A stretch of DNA of 50,942 bases from Planctomycetota bacterium (GTDB lineage: Bacteria > Planctomycetota > UBA1135), in assembly GCA_045047305.1 (NCBI GenBank), contig JASFYO010000073.1:1-50942 (forward strand), given 5' to 3'. Of the stretch, positions 1 through 10,181 are shown one piece after another. The notes below the pieces were generated by a model, which had not been told where the DNA came from, searched no databases, and saw only the letters and a program-made list of their open reading frames with translations. The stretch's first letter is position 1, and every line of letters begins with the position of its first letter. The position numbers and the translations under genes were made by a program.

Positions 1-3000
1 CCGCCATTCTGCATTTTGGATGGATCATCCATCACTTCGATATCCGGGTCGACACCGTGACCCTCAATGCCCCAGGTACCATCGGTATCGTAATAGGCAA
101 AGGTTGGAATGGTGACGGCACCGCCATCGATGAGTTGTGGATTCCCCGAGATGCCGACTAAGCCACCCCAAGTTCTACGTCCGATGAGTTTGCCGAGGCC
201 GGCACGTCGGAAGTAGGCAGGGAAGGCATCGCCGCCAGAACCGGCATCTTCGTTAATCAACATGCACTTCGGGCCTTGATGCGAATCAGGTGGCCAATGC
301 ATATCTTGCCCCCCACGCGTCGCCCAGTAGTTGGTCGCCGGACGATTGAGTAGTTCGATGAAACGGTTTGGAATCTGTCCGCCACCGTTCCAACGTTCAT
401 CGATGATCAGACCATCTTTGAGAATCTGACCGTAGAACTGACGGAACAAATCGTTCTGTCCATTGACGCCGGTGTCTGGAACGTAAATGTAGCCTAGGCG
501 TCCACCACTCTCTTCCTCGACGCGTTTGCGATTGCCCTCAATCCAAGCGCGATAACGCAATCCAGTTTCACTACGGAGGGTCTTGACCAGGACATCCCGT
601 GCCTCTTCATTTTGGATTGGTTCTGCACTCACCGTCAGCATGACTTCTTTATCAGCCAAACCAAGGAAGGCTGCCCATGGATCCAGGGAAGTGTCCACAG
701 TGATTCCGTTCACGGCAAGCAGGTAATCCCCTTCCTGAACATCGACACCAAACACTGCGAGCGGGCTCACGGCATCGGTGTCCCATGCTGCGCCACGCAG
801 GATTTTCTGGATGCGGTAGGCACCGTTTTCTAGCACAAAGTCTACCCCCAACATGCCTACGCCGACACTCGGACCACGCGCAGAACCATCGCCATTACTC
901 GCCAAATAAGCATGCCCGACATTAGCTTCTGCAATCATTTCGCCAATGACATAGGTCACGTCTTCGCGGCTAGCGCAAAACGGAATCATCGCTGCGTAGT
1001 GATCGTGCACCTGCTGCCAATCCACACCGTGCATGTTCGGGTCGTAAAAGTAATCGCGGAACAAACGCCATGCATCGGTAAACAGTTGCGGCCATTCCTC
1101 AGAGGGAATCACCATCACTTGCATGCCCTTGGTTGAAATCGCCTTGGCAACGCTGCCTGCTGAGGCATCTTGAATCGATGCACCAGAGCCGCGCCCAACA
1201 AGCATTTTTTTGCCATCGGCGCTGAGGGTAAAACCAAACCCAGGTCCGACAACCTTTTCAGCCTTGGCATCGTCATCTAGATCGAACAACTTAATGCCAC
1301 TCTCCGCACCATGGCGTGCATAGAGCAGCTGATTCTTGTGGTTAACCGCAAGGGTGCCGAAACTGCCATTCGCTACCGGCAAAGCAATGGCGCGAGCTTC
1401 TAGACCCTCGAAATCGATTAGGACTTCCTCGGCGGCTTCCTCCTCGGCTTCCTCTTCCTGTCCCTCAGAAGAAGCGGCGCTGGCCGTTCGGCTACCCTCA
1501 AAGGTGAACTCAATCCCTTCGCGGACAACGGTACCGCTTCCGGTGATTTTGCCATCCTTGACAACAGCATCGAGGACTGCAGTGCCGCCATCATCGGTGA
1601 GGACATCGAGATGAAGCTTGCCGCTTTGAGAATCGTAGGTGCCCGAAGAAATCGTGGCGCCACCGGTGGGGATTTGCAGGCTACCGGAAACGGAGCCAGC
1701 TTCATCCACGGCAAGAACCATGGTAAGCGGCAACCCTTCTGGAGGAAACATAGAGGCGTGCAAAGTCGCTTCCCAGGTGCCGGAAACGCCGTCATCGGCG
1801 ACCGCGCCCTTAGGATCGCCATCAGCCCCATCTTCGTCCTCGCTGGCAGCCGCATCATCCTCGTCTGCCTCGTCCTCCCCCCAAGTCACTTCATCGTTCT
1901 CAGGGACCCACAAGCGCTCTGCGTCGACTTGTAAGGGAAGGGCTAGAAGGATCTGGCTGTCTTCATAGATAAAGGAAGAATCTACATCGGAGTAGGATGG
2001 AGAGAAACGGCGCGTGCTAGTGAAGAACAGGTACTTACCCAAGCGGTCAAAGGTCGGGTTTGCGTCCTGAAAGAAACCACTAGTGGCTTGATGCTTCACA
2101 CCCTCGGTGGTGTCGTAGATCCAAATCGAGGTTTGTGAGGAGTCTTTGGCAGCGCGCGCGTAAGTGATCCAACGCGAGTCATGGGACCAGGAAATATCGC
2201 TAATCGCACCCAGCCAAAAGCCAAATGGGCTTTCATCCACCAAGGTGGTCGCACCACTTTCCAGTACGTGGTGAAATAAGGTGCCGCCGCAATCGGTGAA
2301 CAACAAACTCTTGGAGTCCGGCGCCCAGGTAATTCCGGTTTTGAAAACGCCACCAGCGCTGGTCAACACACGAGTCTCTCCCTTGCCATCGGATTGAGTG
2401 AGGTGTATTTCGTATTCGCCGCTGACATCGGAGAAGTAGGCAATCCATTGACCATCAGGACTCCAGGCCGGGGAGCGTTCGGCGACACCCGCAGTATGAG
2501 TCAAATTGCGCGGCGCTCCATTTTCGGCAGCGACGGTCCAGATATCGCCGCGAGCTTGAACCGCAACGCGCTTGGCCGAGGGCGAGACATCCATGCCCTG
2601 CAAAAACTTTGCAGCATCCACCATGTGTGGGCGTAGGTTGATACGTTCACCAGGGACCGTAACCTTGACCGACTTTGCTTTCTTCTTCGCAAAATCGTAA
2701 AGCATTAAATCATGCCCAAGTTGAAACACGATTTCACCGCGGCCAGACTTACCCGGACCCATCGAAGGCCATTTGATGTCGTCTTCCGCATAATGCGTAA
2801 TCTGGATATGCCTGCGCCGTTCAGGGTCATACTTCCAGAGGTTCAGTCGTTGTTCGCTTCCGGCGTCGGATAGGTAGTAAAGGACACCGTGGAACCACAT
2901 AGGCTGGGTGTCGGTACCTTCCCAATCGGTGATTTTCTCCGCCGCTAGGGTCTCTAGATTGAACAACCAAATGTCGGTAGCAAGGCCGCCTCGGTAGCGC

Positions 3001-3530
3001 TTCCATGTGCGGGTGTCACGAGTCCGTGGGGTGTAAGCAAGCCACTTGCCATCTTCACTGACACTGCCCATGGTTCCATACGGCACCGGCAATGCGGTGG
3101 GCATTCCACCTGTCACGGGCACGGTAAAAATCTGCGCCTGACGCGCCAAACCAGCGAGACCATTGGCGTAAAACAGCAGGGTGCCATCGGCCTGCCATGC
3201 AAGCAGGTTTTCATGGCTCGGATGGTGCGTGACGCGCTCGGCATAGCCACCATGGATGGAGAGGGTGTATAGGTCGGTGTCGCCGTCGTAGTTACCTACG
3301 AAAGCAACCGACTGACCATCCGGGCTGAACTTGGCAGAACGTTCACCGCCATCGGGACCAGCCAAAGGCGATGCCATCCCCCCTTCCCGCGGGACCAACC
3401 AGAGGTCATTCGCATAGGAAAAGACAATGTGGGAGCTGCTGACGTCCGGATAGCGCAACATTCCAGCGGGAACGGGCTCGGATGGTGTCTGCGCAACTAG
3501 CGGGAGTGCAAGGAGAAGAAGGGGAAGCAT
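1..3530 (-). CDS. Tricorn-type S41 family serine protease (beta-propeller/PD40 repeats, PDZ, S41 catalytic domain); 3' end runs off the window
   Basis: Not in the ORF track because it has no stop inside the window. Manual translation from ATG 3530 gives a signal peptide MLPLLLLALPLVAQ, then MLRYPDVS..IVFSYANDLW..FSPDG..GNYDGDTDLY. Near base 1 it reads INEDAGSGGDAFPAYFRRAGLGKLIGRRTWGGLVGI..IEGHGVDPDIEV, the tricorn catalytic region (GSGGD serine). Confidence 0.93.
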   Translation of the reverse strand, partial: MLPLLLLALPLVAQTPSEPVPAGMLRYPDVSSSHIVFSYANDLWLVPREGGMASPLAGPDGGERSAKFSPDGQSVAFVGNYDGDTDLYTLSIHGGYAERVTHHPSHENLLAWQADGTLLFYANGLAGLARQAQIFTVPVTGGMPTALPVPYGTMGSVSEDGKWLAYTPRTRDTRTWKRYRGGLATDIWLFNLETLAAEKITDWEGTDTQPMWFHGVLYYLSDAGSEQRLNLWKYDPERRRHIQITHYAEDDIKWPSMGPGKSGRGEIVFQLGHDLMLYDFAKKKAKSVKVTVPGERINLRPHMVDAAKFLQGMDVSPSAKRVAVQARGDIWTVAAENGAPRNLTHTAGVAERSPAWSPDGQWIAYFSDVSGEYEIHLTQSDGKGETRVLTSAGGVFKTGITWAPDSKSLLFTDCGGTLFHHVLESGATTLVDESPFGFWLGAISDISWSHDSRWITYARAAKDSSQTSIWIYDTTEGVKHQATSGFFQDANPTFDRLGKYLFFTSTRRFSPSYSDVDSSFIYEDSQILLALPLQVDAERLWVPENDEVTWGEDEADEDDAAASEDEDGADGDPKGAVADDGVSGTWEATLHASMFPPEGLPLTMVLAVDEAGSVSGSLQIPTGGATISSGTYDSQSGKLHLDVLTDDGGTAVLDAVVKDGKITGSGTVVREGIEFTFEGSRTASAASSEGQEEEAEEEAAEEVLIDFEGLEARAIALPVANGSFGTLAVNHKNQLLYARHGAESGIKLFDLDDDAKAEKVVGPGFGFTLSADGKKMLVGRGSGASIQDASAGSVAKAISTKGMQVMVIPSEEWPQLFTDAWRLFRDYFYDPNMHGVDWQQVHDHYAAMIPFCASREDVTYVIGEMIAEANVGHAYLASNGDGSARGPSVGVGMLGVDFVLENGAYRIQKILRGAAWDTDAVSPLAVFGVDVQEGDYLLAVNGITVDTSLDPWAAFLGLADKEVMLTVSAEPIQNEEARDVLVKTLRSETGLRYRAWIEGNRKRVEEESGGRLGYIYVPDTGVNGQNDLFRQFYGQILKDGLIIDERWNGGGQIPNRFIELLNRPATNYWATRGGQDMHWPPDSHQGPKCMLINEDAGSGGDAFPAYFRRAGLGKLIGRRTWGGLVGISGNPQLIDGGAVTIPTFAYYDTDGTWGIEGHGVDPDIEVMDDPSKMQNG

Positions 3531-3683
3531 TAATTTTTTTGGGTCCTGGGGGCTTCAGCCTAACGCGCTACTGGGCTTGCTGTTGGAGCATTGTCGCTTG
3601 AAGAAAGATGTTGCCTCACCCAAATCTCTGGCTTAACGTAAACTCACCTTCTGTGAGTGCGGCCCACGCTGCACCTTGCTGTT

Positions 3684-4502
3684 ATGGAATCCGATGCCTA
3701 CCTACTTGGCACTGCAACCCCCGAATTGCAGCGTCTAAAACTCCAGAATGATTTGTGGTCCGCCTCGACCCAACAACTGTGGGATCGCGCTGGCTTTTCC
3801 GCAGGGCAATCTCTGCTCGAAATGGGCTGTGGACCGGGATTTTCCACCCTGGCCTTGGCGGAACGGGTTGGTATGGCTGGCCAGGTGCTTGGCTGGGATC
3901 GCTCTAGCTCCTTTTTAGAGCACTTAGCTACCTGTGCTGCGAAGAATGGCATGCCGTGGGTTCAAACCCTTCAGGGCGATGTCCTCCCTCAGCTCAAACC
4001 GGAACTGCGCAACTCCTTCGACGGCGTATTTACGCGCTGGCTACTGTGTTGGATGAAACGTCCGCTCGACGCGATCGAAGCTGCCTATCAGGCCTTGCGC
4101 CCTGGCGGGAAATTCGTGGTCATGGATTACTTTCACTACAGCTCGCTGGAACTCCTGCCCCCCACGCCCGCATTTCGACGCGGCATTCAAGCGGTGGAAA
4201 AGGCATGGTATGCCGCAGATGGAAACCCAAGGATAGGGTCCATCCTGCCGCGCTTAATGACGGAGGCTGGCTTTGTAGTGGAACATGTGCATCTCAATAC
4301 GCGCTACGCAACTCCTGGCGACCCATTGTGGCAATGGCCCATGTCCTTCTTCCCTAACTTTATGCGCCAGCTGGCAGAAGACGGATTCCTTGATGCCCAG
4401 GAAGCTGAGGATTTCCTCGCCGCCTTGGTTACGAGAGAATCCCATCAGGATGGTTTATTCCTCGCCCCACCGATGATCGAACTGGTGGCAGTGAAGCCTT
4501 AA
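3684..4502 (+). CDS. Class I SAM-dependent methyltransferase
   Basis: YLLG..ELQRLKLQ N-terminus, LEMGCGPG motif I, FDGVFTRWLL, LRPGGKFVV. ATG 3684 is preferred over GTG 3657. Confidence 0.88.
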   Translation: MESDAYLLGTATPELQRLKLQNDLWSASTQQLWDRAGFSAGQSLLEMGCGPGFSTLALAERVGMAGQVLGWDRSSSFLEHLATCAAKNGMPWVQTLQGDVLPQLKPELRNSFDGVFTRWLLCWMKRPLDAIEAAYQALRPGGKFVVMDYFHYSSLELLPPTPAFRRGIQAVEKAWYAADGNPRIGSILPRLMTEAGFVVEHVHLNTRYATPGDPLWQWPMSFFPNFMRQLAEDGFLDAQEAEDFLAALVTRESHQDGLFLAPPMIELVAVKP

Positions 4503-4509
4503 CTCGCGT

Positions 4510-5847
4510 TTACTTACGCCAGTACTTCACCCATTCGGCTTCAAAACCGGCAAGGTCTACAGTGTAAATTCGACGGATTGCAGCTTCGACTGCATTCACA
4601 TCCCCACGCGGTAAACGGCCCACCGCCTGCAAGAATTCTGGGAACTTCTTTTTGCCAAACTTGCTATAGCGCACGAAGTCAATAATGCTTGCTGCTTGTG
4701 CATAGTGATTGCTTGACTTCTTCTCTCCAGTCGCCGACTTCCCTTGGTCATTTAGAAGGCTTGGAATCACAAAGAACTCACGAAAAGGCGTAAATCGGTC
4801 ATTCCGAGCAGCATTGCGCGCATAACCTTTCCGCTCGTTTTTGCTGGTCGACATCAACTCCGCAACGCCTTCTTGAAACCAAGAGCCGCCCCCGCCCAAG
4901 CGCAGACGATTAGAAAATATCTGATGGGTGGCCTCGTGAACGTGCACTGGATCTACAGGTGAATCGTAATAGGTTGCATAGTAATCTCGCCAAGCATGAC
5001 CTTTACTGTTACGCGCGCGCGCCTTGCTAATACCGGCAATCCCTGCGTAGTAGTCGACGTACTCCTCGCGTGTTCTAAAAAGGAAAACTGGCATAAGTTT
5101 GCGACCTTTCACTTCCGGAAAGGGAAAAGTCTTTTGGATATCGGAATAGCACTCCTCCATCTTCTTAGCGAAGAGCTTGCCACTCGAGGAGTCGGTAAAA
5201 ATTATGTAGTGGTCGGTGCGCACAATCTTCAACTTCCCTGCGAGTTCCAGGGGGCGATCACGCTCCCATCGCACTAATGCCTCTTGCTCACTCCATTCGG
5301 CATTCTCACTCTCACCATAAAACTCTATGCCCGATTTAAGAAACTTCTCTATCGCCTTGCGCGTTTTCTTGTCCGGTGGCGGCGTGCAACCCAGACGAAA
5401 GGTGTAGCCGCGATCGGCGGTTAACCCAGCCAAGACAAACTGGGTCGAAGTGCGTTCCGTGTGATCGTATTCGCCCCAACTGGCGATTACCCCGAAAGGC
5501 ATAGTGCCAAAAGGGCCTGACACGGGATACTCCTCTTCGAAATGGAAATCGCCTTGCCCCTCACGCTCACGGCGATTGAATGCTACGTTCGCAGAAACGT
5601 CGAAGGGATCAAACATGCCCCAAGCCTGTCGCGGAATGAGCCACAGAGACATATCCAGCTGGAAATCACCCATATGGCCCTTCCAGTTGTGCAGGTTCTG
5701 GCTGCCGGAACCCGCATGATTTTCGGTTAGATTCACCGTCTCGGGGACTGAAATGCGCAGGGTGTGGGCTTCGAACTCCCAAACGCCCTTCTCGCCTTGG
5801 GATTGGACCGCAAATAAAATTGGCGCGGCAAGTAGCAGTGCAAACAT
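4510..5847 (-). CDS. Exported DUF1570-like zinc-metallopeptidase-fold protein
   Basis: Signal peptide; RTDHYIIFTD; HEATH zinc motif followed by WFQEGVAE; YAQAASIIDF. Confidence 0.75.
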   Translation of the reverse strand: MFALLLAAPILFAVQSQGEKGVWEFEAHTLRISVPETVNLTENHAGSGSQNLHNWKGHMGDFQLDMSLWLIPRQAWGMFDPFDVSANVAFNRREREGQGDFHFEEEYPVSGPFGTMPFGVIASWGEYDHTERTSTQFVLAGLTADRGYTFRLGCTPPPDKKTRKAIEKFLKSGIEFYGESENAEWSEQEALVRWERDRPLELAGKLKIVRTDHYIIFTDSSSGKLFAKKMEECYSDIQKTFPFPEVKGRKLMPVFLFRTREEYVDYYAGIAGISKARARNSKGHAWRDYYATYYDSPVDPVHVHEATHQIFSNRLRLGGGGSWFQEGVAELMSTSKNERKGYARNAARNDRFTPFREFFVIPSLLNDQGKSATGEKKSSNHYAQAASIIDFVRYSKFGKKKFPEFLQAVGRLPRGDVNAVEAAIRRIYTVDLAGFEAEWVKYWRK

Positions 5848-5909
5848 AAATCTATCCTACCCGCAGCGCAAGATACCGGGCCAGTGAAATAGCCCGGCGA
5901 GAAAACCGC

Positions 5910-7487
5910 CTATTCGTCTTCACTGACAGTGATGATGTCCTCCAAGGAATCCAGCTTACGGCGATTCTCTGGGTCGATATCACCCGCCAGAAACATGAGA
6001 CGCGAACCTTCTTCCTTGTCCCCAAAGCGACGCATAGCCTCGCCGTAAGCGTAGTAAAACTCACCAGTCATGGGCGAAATGGAAATAGCGGTCTTCCAGT
6101 GTTTCTCGGCCAGAGCCCACTGCTCGGCTTTATCTCCTTTGCCGCGCCGAGCTTGGCTCACCAATAGTTTGGCAAAGTGGTGATAGGCCAAGGCACTTGC
6201 CTCCCCGGTCTCAATCGCCTCGGTATACAAACGACGTGCACGAATAGGGCGGTCATAACGCTCGGCATTCTTCGCCGCCTTCTCCTTGCCATGCGAACTC
6301 GTGACCTTTAGCTCGGTCTCAATGTAGGCATACCATTCGCGTTCAAGTTCGAGCAACTGCTCATGGTCTTTAATTTTCATGAAGCGCATAAAGACTTCGA
6401 GAACCTCTTCCTGAGGCACGGTCTTTAAGTTATCGACTCCCATCGAATCCCGCTTTACCTTCTTGTCATTGGCAAGGCCTACATAGAACTTACGGAACTT
6501 TTTCTCGTACCGTTTATCGTTCATCAGAAAGTGCACGAAGGTCCAACCCCAGGTGTAATGCTGATACATGCGTTCGCTCAGCATTTTCTCCAATGACATC
6601 CATTCGTCTTTCGCGATGTCGGTCTGCACTTCTGTCAGGCGGCCTTCCAGAATAAGGCCGGAAGTGAGCTTCTTCTTTACCGGGTCCCACTCGCTTGCAC
6701 CGTAGTACTCGGCAAGAGCTTCACCCGGCCAGTGAGGGTAAGAGAATTCAACATTCACTAACTTCTGCAAATAATGGTTCGCCTCATGAAACATCACCTC
6801 GCGGGAGAGAGATGGATCAAGACGATCGTAATAAATGTCTAGCTCCAGAGGCTTCACAAAGCGGAAGTAGCCGAGCACACCCCGACGCGCACCACTCACT
6901 TGGTGAAAAAGTTCCTCATCGCTGTAAAAGCAAACTAGGAGCCTGGTGTCCTTGGGGTCGAGTGCATATCCCTTTGACGGCTTTACCTTCCATTCTTTGC
7001 AAAACGCGGCAAAGTAGGCTTCCATCTGAGCCGCATAACTATCAAACACATAGGGCGGAATGGTGTGCTCAAAATTGAAGTATTTAGTCTTCACCTTGTA
7101 GCGACTACGCCATTCCGAATGCGCATCGATGTCATCAATCATCGCACGACGGTCTGCAACACGTTTCTGCAGGGTAATCTCGCGCTTACGCGCAGAAACC
7201 CACTTACCTTCGAAAGGCACCAAGCCATCTTCCAATTTTTGCCGTTCTTCCTCATTTTTGGCTTCATAAGGGACTGCTTCCTTCCCGACCAAAAGCACAT
7301 CCTGGATTAAATCCATCGGCACGGTGACCTCACCGTGAGGATAGTGCGCAATAAATCCATCTTCCACTGCCTCAAGATTGAGACCATCAAAAATCTGGCC
7401 ATCCTTGAGCATAAGAATGTCTTGCTGGGCAACTGCTGCGGAAGTTGAAAACGTCAGCAGCAAGAGAGAACAAAGAAAGGTGTGCAT
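5910..7487 (-). CDS. Exported DUF1570-like zinc-metallopeptidase-fold protein with C-terminal TPR-like helices
   Basis: Start MHTFLCSLLLL (ATG 7487); LKDGQIFDG N-terminal module; FHEANHY..WPGEALAEYY; YTWGWTFVHFL; helical TPR-like tail. Confidence 0.75.
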   Translation of the reverse strand: MHTFLCSLLLLTFSTSAAVAQQDILMLKDGQIFDGLNLEAVEDGFIAHYPHGEVTVPMDLIQDVLLVGKEAVPYEAKNEEERQKLEDGLVPFEGKWVSARKREITLQKRVADRRAMIDDIDAHSEWRSRYKVKTKYFNFEHTIPPYVFDSYAAQMEAYFAAFCKEWKVKPSKGYALDPKDTRLLVCFYSDEELFHQVSGARRGVLGYFRFVKPLELDIYYDRLDPSLSREVMFHEANHYLQKLVNVEFSYPHWPGEALAEYYGASEWDPVKKKLTSGLILEGRLTEVQTDIAKDEWMSLEKMLSERMYQHYTWGWTFVHFLMNDKRYEKKFRKFYVGLANDKKVKRDSMGVDNLKTVPQEEVLEVFMRFMKIKDHEQLLELEREWYAYIETELKVTSSHGKEKAAKNAERYDRPIRARRLYTEAIETGEASALAYHHFAKLLVSQARRGKGDKAEQWALAEKHWKTAISISPMTGEFYYAYGEAMRRFGDKEEGSRLMFLAGDIDPENRRKLDSLEDIITVSEDE

Positions 7488-7491
7488 TTGC

Positions 7492-9150
7492 TTACTTAAT
7501 GGTGCGCAGGTAATCCGCATCGAGTTTATCCCAATCCTTTTGCGTCCAGTCGGAGAAGGTCCGTTGGTAAACCTCATTGGCAATCGATTCGGCGCGCTCC
7601 TTCCAAACATTTTGATTGTTCTTGAAAGCCTCATCCTCTTCTTCCTCGGTGGTAGGACCGTCATCCTCCATATCGTCCCCGGCATCACTCAAGGCCTCTT
7701 CCTCGTCCAGGATATCCTTCAGATGTCCCAGATATTCCTCTGCCAAGTTCTTCGTCAGTTTCGATTTTGCACCTTTCCCAACCATGAGATAACGCACAAA
7801 GGCCCCAAACTCACGCCAAATGGTGTCTTTGCCACGAAAGTCAGAACTGGTCATCTTGAACATCTCACTGGGCAAAGTAATCGTTTCATCCTTCAGTGCA
7901 TCGCGCAAACCAGTCTTTGCCCAATTGTCCGGCTCAAAAATCAGCTTGTTCCCTTTCACCTCGGCAGTGTGAAGCATGCTGTCCATGCCGTAACGGAACC
8001 AAGCCGGAATCCGAGAGTACAACTCGCGGTCTCGTTCATAGAACCAATAACGAAAGGAACGGTCATTGACTTGGCCCGAATAATAATCGCCCATCGAGCT
8101 ATTGTCTTTACAGGTGAGGATTTCAATATTGGTAAAGCTCCAACCGCTGCCACTCACAAACATGCCCATTTCTTCCGAGTTCTTACAAATTCGAATGATC
8201 GGTCGGCGCACATATTCGCCTTCTCCAACAAAAGGGAAATTCTCCTCCAGCCAAGCGAACATGAGATCGACTTGCTTTACCACCTGCTTGGTGTCCTTTT
8301 TCTTAACGTGCGAGAGAACTAAAAACCGGCCACTATCATCCGCAGTCCATTCTTCCGGAAGGTTTGCCAAAGCCTTGCGGTGCTGGTCTTGTTCAATCGA
8401 AATCCGTACTTCCCTACGCTCTTCTGGAGTATCCCCAGCATTAAACAACTCACGCAGGCTTTGCGAAGATGCGTCGCTTGCCTTCGTTCTTTCAATCACC
8501 TTGAAAGATCGGAAACGTGCGCTGAACTCTTTCTTCCATTTGTCATAGGCACCCTCCAGGCATTCAAACTGGACCGCGACATCGGCGTGGCCAAGGTGAT
8601 AAACCCAGGTGGTGATGCGTTTCGGGCCAAGCCGCGAGCTCTTCTCCACCTTAATCGAGAAAGCTGTCACCTTGACACCACGAATCTCTAAGCTTTCCTC
8701 ACTGTCCACATACCAACCACCATCACGGTAAGTTTTGCGCAAATACTCCTCGTAATCCTTATATGGGTTTTCCAGACGTAAAGTGGTGGAAATTGTTTTC
8801 CCCTTATCCTTGCCGCCGAGATCCAGATCAATGTCCGTCTTCATGCTTTCTCCAGTGAAAGCAATCATGGTCATCTCGGGCTTGTGGTTGTAAGTCCAAC
8901 CGAAAGTTTCGTCGGTATAGTGGTTCGATTTGTTTGATTGATAGCGCCCCACGATCCAACGCTCATTATTCTGAATCGGAATTTGATTCCACTTCTTTGG
9001 CGTGGTCATTTTGAAACCGAGTTTTTCATCCTCGTGCTGCGCATCATCGCGCGGCCCTATGGCAGTGGTTTCAACGGTCGTAGGCATCGACCCCAAAGTT
9101 GCGCCCGAGAAAACCAGGGCTAGTGGGAAGAAAATAAGGGGGTTGAACAT
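7492..9150 (-). CDS. Exported DUF1570-like paralogue lacking the HExxH motif
   Basis: Signal peptide from ATG 9150; GRFLVLSH, IPAWFRYGM and FVRYLM segments parallel the neighbouring paralogues, but no HExxH is present. Confidence 0.6.
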   Translation of the reverse strand: MFNPLIFFPLALVFSGATLGSMPTTVETTAIGPRDDAQHEDEKLGFKMTTPKKWNQIPIQNNERWIVGRYQSNKSNHYTDETFGWTYNHKPEMTMIAFTGESMKTDIDLDLGGKDKGKTISTTLRLENPYKDYEEYLRKTYRDGGWYVDSEESLEIRGVKVTAFSIKVEKSSRLGPKRITTWVYHLGHADVAVQFECLEGAYDKWKKEFSARFRSFKVIERTKASDASSQSLRELFNAGDTPEERREVRISIEQDQHRKALANLPEEWTADDSGRFLVLSHVKKKDTKQVVKQVDLMFAWLEENFPFVGEGEYVRRPIIRICKNSEEMGMFVSGSGWSFTNIEILTCKDNSSMGDYYSGQVNDRSFRYWFYERDRELYSRIPAWFRYGMDSMLHTAEVKGNKLIFEPDNWAKTGLRDALKDETITLPSEMFKMTSSDFRGKDTIWREFGAFVRYLMVGKGAKSKLTKNLAEEYLGHLKDILDEEEALSDAGDDMEDDGPTTEEEEDEAFKNNQNVWKERAESIANEVYQRTFSDWTQKDWDKLDADYLRTIK

Positions 9151-9327
9151 GATGGTTATTCTAATGGCTAAGGTAATCCTCTCCACCCTGTTGGGGCATT
9201 TCATTGGCAAAGTAACGCAAAAATTTGCCCAACGCTATGAAACCAGCCTTTTTTCGGTCAAAAAGCCTACTTTGAGGCCTTTTTACACCAAATCCTCTCC
9301 CATTTGGAACGAAACGCTACCTTTCCA

Positions 9328-10179
9328 TCAGCCTAAAAGGGAGAACAAGTCGTCAGGGGCGGGCACCTCTAACTCCAATCGCGCCGCCGTAAGAGGATGA
9401 TCGAGGCACAGTTTCCAGGCATGAAGCCCAAGACGCCGATCACGCTGCCCGTAGCGGACATCGCCGACCACGGGATACCCCGCCCAAGAAAGGTGCGCAC
9501 GAATTTGATGCTGACGTCCGGTCTCAATCTGCACATGCAATAAGGAACGGCCCTTGCATGATTTTTCAGTTGAGAAATGAGTCACTGCAGACTTGGCCTC
9601 AGGGTGTAGGCTGACATGAGTGCGGAAGCCTTTGGCATCCATGCGTAAAGCACGATCAATCGTGCCATGCGCAGGCTCAGGGCGTCCTTCCACCACCGCC
9701 AGATAAGTTTTCTCTGCGCTTCCCCACGCCGCCGAGACTGCATCCTTGATGTCGCGCGAGGTAGCAAACAACAGCACCCCCGATGTTTCACGGTCCAAAC
9801 GGTGTACAGGGTAGAGCTCAGCTCCCCCACGCAACTGGGTTAGTTGTTCACGCAATAGACCTAGGGCATGACGCTTCGGTTCCTTTGCAGAAGCCACCGA
9901 CAGCAAGCCAACGGGTTTATCGATTGCAATGAGGGCGCCGTCGTCATAAACAATTTCGAGCGTTCCTGCTTTTTTGCGCATGCCATGCCCCTTTGGCAAA
10001 ATCTCGACCACGTCCTCCGCCTTCAATCGAAATGCATTTTGACGCACCGCAACGCCATTAACTAAAACACATCCGCTCTGCAAACGCTGCTTGATGTTAT
10101 TGCGCGACCAGCCACCTAGCTGCTCAGCCAAAAGCTGCAGCAAACCGGTATCCTGCTTGACCTCAATTCGATTCGACAT
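9328..10179 (-). CDS. RluA/RluD-family RNA pseudouridine synthase with N-terminal S4-like domain
   Basis: IDKPVGL, HRLDRETSG catalytic motif, KTYLAVV, ETGRQHQIRAHL, PVVGDVRYG, LGLHA. Confidence 0.95.
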   Translation of the reverse strand: MSNRIEVKQDTGLLQLLAEQLGGWSRNNIKQRLQSGCVLVNGVAVRQNAFRLKAEDVVEILPKGHGMRKKAGTLEIVYDDGALIAIDKPVGLLSVASAKEPKRHALGLLREQLTQLRGGAELYPVHRLDRETSGVLLFATSRDIKDAVSAAWGSAEKTYLAVVEGRPEPAHGTIDRALRMDAKGFRTHVSLHPEAKSAVTHFSTEKSCKGRSLLHVQIETGRQHQIRAHLSWAGYPVVGDVRYGQRDRRLGLHAWKLCLDHPLTAARLELEVPAPDDLFSLLG

Positions 10180-10181
10180 GG

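Noticed and set aside
612..3496. Many short ORFs on both strands over the first 3.5 kb
   Set aside because: All lie within the long minus-strand tricorn protease frame, which the track missed because it has no stop inside the window.
7378..8322. 314-aa plus-strand ORF
   Set aside because: Antisense shadow of the DUF1570-like genes, with no recognisable motifs.
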